Made by a program: the position numbers and the translations under genes. Below, piece after piece: positions 18,784-26,018 of a DNA stretch of 64,000 nucleotides (positions within the stretch are counted from its first letter, which is position 1; each line of letters begins with the position of its first letter). The notes beneath the pieces were generated by a model. It saw nothing but the letters and a program-made list of their open reading frames with translations. It ran no database searches and had not been told where the DNA came from. Origin of the DNA: Candidatus Rokubacteria bacterium 13_1_40CM_68_15 (GTDB lineage Bacteria > Methylomirabilota > Methylomirabilia > Rokubacteriales > CSP1-6); contig MNEG01000048.1 in the NCBI GenBank assembly GCA_001917585.1, positions 23,362-87,361 on the forward strand, written 5' to 3'.

Positions 18784-19995
18784 TCAGTTCAGCAGCATGT
18801 CGTGCGCGCGCGCCGAGCCACTCGGGAATTTCGTGAAGTCCACGTCGAAGAACGGATCGACCTTGAGCCGGCCATCGGGGCCGATGTGCACGAGACGCAC
18901 CCAGAACTTTTCCGAGTAGTCCATGGTGGACAGCAGCGAGTTGGTCACGTACATGCGCTTGCCGTCGCCGGTGACGTGCATCATGTTCGGCGACACGCCG
19001 GCCACCACCGTGTCGTGGAGTCGGGGCCGATCGGGCGTCGAGACGTCCCAGGCCTGGATCTCGCTCTTCATGAAGCAGGAGACGTAGAGGTAACGGTCGT
19101 CGGGCGACTGGCGGAGATCGGCGGGGAGGCAGCCCTTGCCGAGATCGGCCACCTTCTTCGTGCTGAACTTTCCGTCCTTCCCCTGGCCGAAGAACCAGAT
19201 CGAGTCGCCGAGCGCCGAGTTCGTCCAGCCGTAGGCCCGGCCGGGCTTGACGCTCCAGCGGACCTCGAGCGGCACGGGATCGGTCGTGAGCGTCTGGAGC
19301 ACCTTGCGCTCCTTGAAATCCCAGACGAGCAGCGTGTTCCCGCCGTCCTTCATGTCCCACTGGGACAGCGGCTTCCGGTAGTTCCGCAGCGCCGTGAAGC
19401 TCGACGTGATCATCCGGTTGACGTCCGGCTTCACCGCGACGTCGTACGCGTACGGAGAGTCGACCGGATTTTTGATCACGCGGACGAGCTCGCCGTCGTT
19501 GGTGAACTCGGCCATGCCGCCCGGCGGGTTGCCGTCTGCCGACGACAGGAAGGTCAGGAGCATCCGCCCGGGGAGCGCGTAGTAGGTGTGCGGCCCGTGC
19601 AGACCGGTGACCGCCGAGATGTCATCGATGGTCTTGACGATCGTCGGCCGAGCCGGATCGGCGGCGACGTCGATGATGAAGAGTCGCTTGGACAGGAGGG
19701 CGCCCAGCCAGATCTTGGTGCGGTCGTCACTCCATCCCATGTGGTGAGGCTCGTTGCCCGCCGAGCCGAGGCCGAGCGTGTGCACGACGCGGCCGTACGT
19801 CGGCGAGGCGAGGCTGACGTCGACCACCGCCAGGAAATCATTGTCCCGGCCGTCGGCGTCCACGGCAGAGACGTACAGGAACTTCTCCGGGCCGGCGAGG
19901 CGTTTGACGTACGGCGACAGACAGACCTCGGCGAAGACGGCGCCGGCGGCAACGAGGACCACGAGGACAGCGGCGATGACGATTCGACGTGACAT
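18784..19995 (-). CDS. SBP56 (selenium-binding protein 56 / methanethiol oxidase MtoX-like) family protein, secreted or anchored
   Basis: It aligns along its length with my recollection of human SELENBP1: DFLAVVDV..SPTYGRVVH, EPHHMGWS, LLVWDFKERKVLQTL, DDRYLYVSCF...AWDVSTPDRPRL, DGKRMYVTNSL. Confidence 0.85.
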   Translation of the reverse strand: MSRRIVIAAVLVVLVAAGAVFAEVCLSPYVKRLAGPEKFLYVSAVDADGRDNDFLAVVDVSLASPTYGRVVHTLGLGSAGNEPHHMGWSDDRTKIWLGALLSKRLFIIDVAADPARPTIVKTIDDISAVTGLHGPHTYYALPGRMLLTFLSSADGNPPGGMAEFTNDGELVRVIKNPVDSPYAYDVAVKPDVNRMITSSFTALRNYRKPLSQWDMKDGGNTLLVWDFKERKVLQTLTTDPVPLEVRWSVKPGRAYGWTNSALGDSIWFFGQGKDGKFSTKKVADLGKGCLPADLRQSPDDRYLYVSCFMKSEIQAWDVSTPDRPRLHDTVVAGVSPNMMHVTGDGKRMYVTNSLLSTMDYSEKFWVRLVHIGPDGRLKVDPFFDVDFTKFPSGSARAHDMLLN

Positions 19996-20004
19996 GGCGA
20001 TCTC

Positions 20005-23000
20005 CTAAGAGATACGAGTCCGGTCGTGGAGGTGTCGGACGAACGCGGCGCGGTCGAGCGCCGCGCGCAGCTCGGTGTTCTGCAGCCGGCCGTGGATGCC
20101 CTCGATGACCGCGCGCGCAGCGCCATAGGCGGGCGCGGCCTCCTCGCGGCGGCCGGCGGCGTCGTGCAGCCGGCCGATGGCGGCGTGCGTGCGCCAGAGC
20201 TGGCCAGGATTGCCGACCTGTTGCGCAAGGCCGAGGGCCTGGTCGAGGGCGGCGCGCGCCTCGTCCCATTGCCGCCGGGTGGTGGCGATCTCCCCCTTGA
20301 GGCGCCAGCCCTTGACGAGGTTCTTGCGGGAGTTGGTGCGGGTCGCGATCTCGAGGCACCGATCGGCCCACGCCCGCGCCCGGTCGGGATTCCCGCGCGC
20401 GAGCTCGAGGTCGCCGAGGCTGGCAAAGAGGTGCGTCGAGTATCGCCACTTCATCCAGTCGCTCGTCGCCGGGTCCTTGATCAGACGGTGAACGCCGTCG
20501 AGGGTCTCGGCGGCCAGAGCCAGCTCGCCTCGCGCGATGCACGTGTCGCCGATGTTGATCTCGGCGTTGGCGAGCGTCTCGGGGTCGCCACGCTTGCGGG
20601 CGCCCTCGACGCAGCGGCGGTTGTAGTCGGCGGCGCGCTCGAGGTCGCCGAGCTCGCCCCACAGCCAGCCGAGCACGTTCAGGTCGCGCAGGTACATGAC
20701 TTCTTCGCCGACCTTCTCGCACAACACGAGACCTTCGTGCACGATGGTGTACGCCTCGTCGAAGTCCCCTTTGCCGCCGAGGACGACCGCCGACAGAAAG
20801 AGATTCCAGCAGAGCGGCAGCAGGACGCCGCTGTCGCGAGCGGCCTGGAGCGCAGCGGCGCGGAGAGGCGCCGCCTCGACGAAGTCGCCTTCCCAGTTCT
20901 TGGCGAGCCCCAGGAATCCCAGGGCAAACGCCTCGTGGACCTTGTCGCCCGCTTCCCGGCTCAGCGCGAGCGCGCTGAGGAGCTCCGGGCCGGCCTCCCC
21001 GAGCCGCTCGGTGACCGCGAGCACGAATCCGGTCGTAAAGCGTCCGGCAGCCTCCACGGCCTTGGCCTCGATGGCCTTGCCGATCGCTATCGCCTCGGCG
21101 GACTCGCTGAGCGCACGGTCGAACTCGTGGGCCCACATCGAGGCGAACCCCATCGTGGCGAGCGCCGACGCTTCCTTGACACGATCGCCAGCCCGCCGGG
21201 CCAGCGTCAGCAGATGCTCCGCCTCGGCGCGGGAGGTCACGAAGTCGCTCAGCAAGAAGTAAAGGTTCGCCTTGCTCTCGTGGATCGCCATCAAGGTCTC
21301 GAGGCCCACGGCAGTCCCGAGGTGGCCGGCGGCTTCCTGCGCCTGGTCGTAGAGCGCCACGGCTTCGCGGTTGGCGAAGGCTCGGGTCGCCTTGTCGGCG
21401 GCCTTCAACAGGTATTCGAGCGCGCGCGTCCAGTCCTCGGCCTTGGAGAAGTGGTGGGCGAGCACCTCGTAGTGCTCGGTCAGGCGATCGGCGTACAGCT
21501 CCTCGATGGCCAGCGCGATGATCCGGTGCAGCTCCTTCCGGCGCTGCACGAGCATCGAGTTGTAGGCGACGTCGTGGGTCAGCGCGTGCTTGAACATGTA
21601 GGCCAGCTCGGGGAAGAGGGCCTTTTCATAGATCAGCTCGATGGCCTTCAGCTCGGTCAGGAAGTCCTCGGTCCGCCCGTGCAGGTCGGCGATGCGATCG
21701 AGGAGTCTCCGCGTGAACTCGCGGCCGATGACGGACGCGAGCTGCAGCGTCTTCTTCGGCGCGTCGGCCAGCCGATCGATGCGCGCCATGATGACGTCCT
21801 GGATCGTGTCGGGGATGACGATCTCGTCGAGATGTCGGGTCAGGACATAGCGAGCGCCGTCCCGACGGATGACGCTCACCTCCTGCAGCGACTTCACGAC
21901 CTCTTCGACGAAGAACGGATTGCCTTCGGCCTTCCGGACGATCAGATGCTTGAGATCCTCGGGCAGGCTGTCGGTGTTGAGCATGGCCTGGGCCATGGCC
22001 ACGCTGGCCTCGCCAGGCAGGGTGTTGAGCGCGATCCGGGTGTGATACGACCGGTCGCCGAACGGATGCGTGTACCCGGTGCGATAGGTCAGGATGTGGA
22101 GGATCCGACTCGTCGGGATGATGTCGGCGGCATAGAGCAGGCTTTCCTCGGTGGCCTTGTCCATCCAGTGGACGTCCTCGTGCACCAGGATCTGCGGCCG
22201 GATCTCGGCGGCGCGCACGAGCAGTCGCCGCAGGGCGTCGAAGACTCCGGCTCGGCGTAGTTGGGCGTCCATCTCGACGACGGTCTGGTCGCCGACGTCC
22301 ACCGAGAGCAGGTAACGCAGATACGGCAAGATGGGGCGAAGGTCTTCGCCCAGGAGCAGGACGGCCCGCTCGACCTTCTTGATGATCGTGCCCTCGGCGT
22401 CTCCTTCCTCGAGACGGAAGGTGCGCTTGAGCATGTCGATGACGGGATGGAAGGCGATCGAGCGGCCGAACGAGATGCACCGCCCTTCGAGCCAGGTGGC
22501 TTGCTCGTCCACCTGCCGCCGGAACTCGTAGAGCAGCCGGGACTTGCCGATCCCGGGCTCCCCCACGATGAAGACGACCTGACCATGGCCGGCCTTGGCC
22601 TTGTCGAACGCGTCGAACAGCAGCCGGAGCTCGCGCTCGCGTGCGATGTACGGTGTCAGCCCGCGCTCGGCCTCGACGTCCAGACGCGTGCGGCCCTCGC
22701 GGGTCGCGATCACTTCCCATGCCTTCAGCGGCTCCGACTTTCCCTTGAGGGTCAGCGGCGCGAGCTCACGCGTGTAGAAGTAGGCCTCCACCAGCCGGTA
22801 CGTCCCGTCCGAGACGACGATGCGTCCGCGATCGGCCGCTTGCTGCAGTCGCGCCGCCACGTTCGTCGTGTCGCCGACGGCCGTGTAGTCCATGCGGAGG
22901 TCGGTGCCGATGGAGCCGACGACCACCAGCCCCGTGTTCAGGCCCTGCCGCACCTGGAAGCTCATCCATCGCTTGCGCTGCAGCTCCTCCTGATAGTCGT

Positions 23001-23517
23001 CGAGGGCCTTGCGGATCCCGAGCGCGGCGTGCACGGCGCGCTGAGCGTGGTCCTCGTGAGCGATCGGCGCGCCGAAGAGCGCCATGATCCCGTCGCCGAG
23101 GAACTGATTGACGGTGCCCTCGTAACGATGGACCTCGCCGAGCATGAGCTCGAAGGCGCGCGTCATCAAACGGTGGACGTCCTCGGGATCGAGACCCTCG
23201 GACATGGAGGTGAAGCCCGACACGTCCACGAAGAGCACGGTGACCTGTTTCCGCTCGCCTTCTAGCGCGCTGCGCGACGTGAGGATCTTCTCGGCCAGAT
23301 GCTTGGGCGTGTAGGCGGCCGGCGCGGGGGGCGCGGAGGTGACCGCGGGTGCGGACGCCGGCGTTCCGGCGAGGTCGGCGCCGCACGCGTCACAGAACCG
23401 GCTGCCAGGCTCCTGCGCGGCATTGCACCGGGGGCACAGGGCGGACAGACCCGCCCCGCATTGGCGGCAGAACTGCGCGCCCGGTCGGTTCTGGGTCTGG
23501 CACCGCGAGCATTGCAT
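20005..23517 (-). CDS. Multidomain signalling protein: double zinc ribbon, class III adenylate/guanylate cyclase, AAA/STAND-type NTPase, and a TPR-like helical array
   Basis: N-terminus CSRCQTQN..FCRQCG..CPRCNAAQ..FCDACG. Cyclase core VTVLFVDVSGFTSMSE...GDGIMALFGAP. Walker A GEPGIGKS. Long helical-repeat C-terminus. 1170 aa. Confidence 0.85.
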   Translation of the reverse strand: MQCSRCQTQNRPGAQFCRQCGAGLSALCPRCNAAQEPGSRFCDACGADLAGTPASAPAVTSAPPAPAAYTPKHLAEKILTSRSALEGERKQVTVLFVDVSGFTSMSEGLDPEDVHRLMTRAFELMLGEVHRYEGTVNQFLGDGIMALFGAPIAHEDHAQRAVHAALGIRKALDDYQEELQRKRWMSFQVRQGLNTGLVVVGSIGTDLRMDYTAVGDTTNVAARLQQAADRGRIVVSDGTYRLVEAYFYTRELAPLTLKGKSEPLKAWEVIATREGRTRLDVEAERGLTPYIARERELRLLFDAFDKAKAGHGQVVFIVGEPGIGKSRLLYEFRRQVDEQATWLEGRCISFGRSIAFHPVIDMLKRTFRLEEGDAEGTIIKKVERAVLLLGEDLRPILPYLRYLLSVDVGDQTVVEMDAQLRRAGVFDALRRLLVRAAEIRPQILVHEDVHWMDKATEESLLYAADIIPTSRILHILTYRTGYTHPFGDRSYHTRIALNTLPGEASVAMAQAMLNTDSLPEDLKHLIVRKAEGNPFFVEEVVKSLQEVSVIRRDGARYVLTRHLDEIVIPDTIQDVIMARIDRLADAPKKTLQLASVIGREFTRRLLDRIADLHGRTEDFLTELKAIELIYEKALFPELAYMFKHALTHDVAYNSMLVQRRKELHRIIALAIEELYADRLTEHYEVLAHHFSKAEDWTRALEYLLKAADKATRAFANREAVALYDQAQEAAGHLGTAVGLETLMAIHESKANLYFLLSDFVTSRAEAEHLLTLARRAGDRVKEASALATMGFASMWAHEFDRALSESAEAIAIGKAIEAKAVEAAGRFTTGFVLAVTERLGEAGPELLSALALSREAGDKVHEAFALGFLGLAKNWEGDFVEAAPLRAAALQAARDSGVLLPLCWNLFLSAVVLGGKGDFDEAYTIVHEGLVLCEKVGEEVMYLRDLNVLGWLWGELGDLERAADYNRRCVEGARKRGDPETLANAEINIGDTCIARGELALAAETLDGVHRLIKDPATSDWMKWRYSTHLFASLGDLELARGNPDRARAWADRCLEIATRTNSRKNLVKGWRLKGEIATTRRQWDEARAALDQALGLAQQVGNPGQLWRTHAAIGRLHDAAGRREEAAPAYGAARAVIEGIHGRLQNTELRAALDRAAFVRHLHDRTRIS

Positions 23518-23614
23518 TGGCAGACCGTCCGCGGCGGCCGGCGGACGTGTGGGCCGACTCTACCACAGCGCCCGCCGCGTTGGTCGCTCCTACTCCGCGT
23601 GCTAGAGTGGCGTA

Positions 23615-24259
23615 TTGCATGAGCCGGAGGCCGGTGACGTGCGAGGAGTGCTGATCACGTTCGAGGGCGTCGAGGGGTCGGGAAAGTCCACCCAGATGGC
23701 TCGACTGCAGCGCTCGCTCAAGCGTCAGGGCTATCGCGTCGAGCAGACCGCCGAGCCCGACGGCACCGCGCTCGGCCAGGCCGTCCGCCGTCTCTTCGAG
23801 CAGCCGCGCATCCATCCCACGCCGCTGGGCGAGGTCTTCCTCTTCATGGCGGCTCGCCAGCAGCACGTCACCGAGAAGATTCGCCCGTGGCTCCGGCGTG
23901 GGCGCGTCGTCCTCTGCGATCGCTATACCGACGCCACGCTCGCCTACCAGGGTTACGGCCGCGGGGTGGATCACGACCTCGTTCGCGAGCTGAATCTCCG
24001 GGCGACCGGTGGCGTGCTTCCCGATCTCACGTTGCTCTTCGATCTGGCGCCGGCGGCCGGCTTGCGGCGTATTCGCGGTCGCCGGTACGACCACTTCGAG
24101 CGCGAGACGCTCGCGTTCCACCGCCGTGTCCGACGTGGCTACCTCGAGATCCTGCGCGCCGAACCCAAGCGCGTGCGCCTCATCGCCGCGGCGCGCCCGG
24201 TCGAGGCCGTCGCCGGCGACGTCGCCACTGTGGTCGAGGAGTTCCTGCGTGGCGCTTGA
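23615..24259 (+). CDS. tmk: Thymidylate kinase
   Basis: ITFEGVEGSGKSTQ P-loop and DRYTDATLAYQG. The start may be the GTG at 23639 rather than the ATG at 23615. Confidence 0.9.
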   Translation: MHEPEAGDVRGVLITFEGVEGSGKSTQMARLQRSLKRQGYRVEQTAEPDGTALGQAVRRLFEQPRIHPTPLGEVFLFMAARQQHVTEKIRPWLRRGRVVLCDRYTDATLAYQGYGRGVDHDLVRELNLRATGGVLPDLTLLFDLAPAAGLRRIRGRRYDHFERETLAFHRRVRRGYLEILRAEPKRVRLIAAARPVEAVAGDVATVVEEFLRGA

Positions 24260-25088
24260 GACGATCGAAGATCAGCCGCGCGTGGTCGAACTGCTGCGCC
24301 GGGCCCTCGCCGCCGATCGCGTGGCCCATGCCTATGCCTTCATCGGCCCCGCCGGCAGCGGCCGGACGACGACGGCGCTCGCCTTCGCCCAGGCGCTGTG
24401 CGGGATGGCTCGCTCCGGCTCTCACCCCGACATCCATCTGATCGCTCCCACGCCACCCGAGAGCAATCCCAAAGGCCCGAAGGCGATCCGGATCGGCGCC
24501 ATCCGTGAGCTCGAGCGCCAGGCGTCGCTCCGCCCGGCGCTGGCGCAGCACAAGGTATTCATTCTCGACGACGCCGATCGCATGACGGGCGAGGCTCCCC
24601 AGGCGTTCCTCAAGACGCTGGAGGAGCCGCCGGCGCGGACCGTGCTGATCCTCGTGCTCGAGCGTCCGCGCGCGGTGCCGGCCACGGTGCTGTCGCGCTG
24701 CCAGATCGTGCGCTTTGCCCCCCGCCGCGACCAGCGGGCCACGACCGAGCGTGACGAGGCGCTCGACATCCTGGCTGACGTCCGGGCCAAGGGCGTGGAA
24801 GCGCTGTTCCGGCGGGCGGGAACGTTCGATCGCGACCGTGAGCGCGCCGAGCGCGTCGTGGACGCCTACTGGTGGCTCTGCCGCGATCTGGTGCTGGCCA
24901 AGTGCGGCGCCGCCCACCTCACGGGTGACGCCGACGCCAGTGTGCGGGAAGCCGAGGGGTGGTCGTGGGATGATCTGTGGCGGGGGCTCCAAACCTGCCG
25001 CGAGGCGCGCGAGGCGCTGGCCGTGAACGTCACGCCCCGGCTCACGCTCGAGGTGCTGCTGAGCCGGTTGGCGCTGCGTGTGAATTGA
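24249..25088 (+). CDS. holB: DNA polymerase III delta-prime subunit
   Basis: GTG at 24249. AHAYAFIGPAGSGRTTTALAFAQALC, FILDDADRMTGEAPQAFLKTLEEPP, SRCQIVRF. Confidence 0.85.
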   Translation: MALETIEDQPRVVELLRRALAADRVAHAYAFIGPAGSGRTTTALAFAQALCGMARSGSHPDIHLIAPTPPESNPKGPKAIRIGAIRELERQASLRPALAQHKVFILDDADRMTGEAPQAFLKTLEEPPARTVLILVLERPRAVPATVLSRCQIVRFAPRRDQRATTERDEALDILADVRAKGVEALFRRAGTFDRDRERAERVVDAYWWLCRDLVLAKCGAAHLTGDADASVREAEGWSWDDLWRGLQTCREAREALAVNVTPRLTLEVLLSRLALRVN

Positions 25089-25098
25089 GGAGAGAGCC

Positions 25099-25968
25099 AT
25101 GAGCGATCCCGAGACCGCCGCCGTCGAGTATCTCGTCGGGGTGCGTCTACGCGAGGTGGCCAAGGCCGAGGACTACCTGGCCGCCGAGGATCTCGAGCTG
25201 CACGTCGGCGACCTCGTGATGGTGAGCACGGAGGGCGGCCAGACGGTGGGTGAGGTGCGGCGTCCCCGGCGGCCGCTGCCGGACTTCAAGCGCGACCGCC
25301 CGTTTCAGCGCGTCCAGCGTCCGGCGACCGAGGCAGAAGGCCACGAGTGGCGCGAGCGCCGGGAGCGTGAGAAGCGCGCCATCGTCACCTGCCAGCACAA
25401 GGCGCGCGACCATCGGCTCGCCATCAAGGTGGTGGACGTGGAATTCACGCCGGGCGCTCGGCGCACCACCGTGTACTTCAACGCCGAGGAGCGCGTGGAC
25501 TTCCGCGAGCTCGTGCGCGACCTCGCCCGCGAGTTCCGCGCCCGCGTCGAGATGCGCCAGATCGGCGCCCGCGACGTCACCAAGGTCATGGACGGCATCG
25601 GCCCGTGCGGGCGCCAGCTGTGTTGCTCGTCGTACCTGCGCAAGTTCGAGCCGATCTCGGTGAAGATGGCGAAGACCCAGGACATGCCGCTCACCGACAA
25701 TCGCCTGCTCGGAAACTGTGGCCGGCTCAAGTGTTGCCTGCTCTACGAGTTCTCGCTCTACGAGGAGCTCCGGGCGCGGCTGCCCCGGGTCAACACGCCG
25801 TGTCAGGCCAGCTGCGGGGGCGGCGGCTGCATGAACGGCAAGATCCGCTCGCTGCGCGTGCTCAAGCAGAGCGTGATCGTGGGCTTCCCCGACGGCACCG
25901 AGGCCGAGGTGCCGATCGATCAGGTGACGTGGGAGGGGCGGGCGCACATCCAGGCCCAGCTCAAATGA
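25099..25968 (+). CDS. PSP1-domain protein (RicT/YaaT-like)
   Basis: PSP1 C-terminal domain pattern with Cys-rich CGRQLCCSSYL...GRLKCCLLYE. It sits in the conserved position after holB. Confidence 0.8.
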   Translation: MSDPETAAVEYLVGVRLREVAKAEDYLAAEDLELHVGDLVMVSTEGGQTVGEVRRPRRPLPDFKRDRPFQRVQRPATEAEGHEWRERREREKRAIVTCQHKARDHRLAIKVVDVEFTPGARRTTVYFNAEERVDFRELVRDLAREFRARVEMRQIGARDVTKVMDGIGPCGRQLCCSSYLRKFEPISVKMAKTQDMPLTDNRLLGNCGRLKCCLLYEFSLYEELRARLPRVNTPCQASCGGGGCMNGKIRSLRVLKQSVIVGFPDGTEAEVPIDQVTWEGRAHIQAQLK

Positions 25969-26018
25969 TCGTCGCGAGGCCCGCCTGCCCGGTTCGAGCT
26001 GCAGGTGGCCTGCCCTAG

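Noticed and set aside
18784-19995. The family name 'selenium-binding protein' was considered as supporting evidence for selenocysteine use in this organism.
   Set aside because: SBP56 proteins do not contain or require Sec. The bacterial members characterised so far are copper enzymes. The name is historical and gives no support to the UGA-recoding hypothesis.
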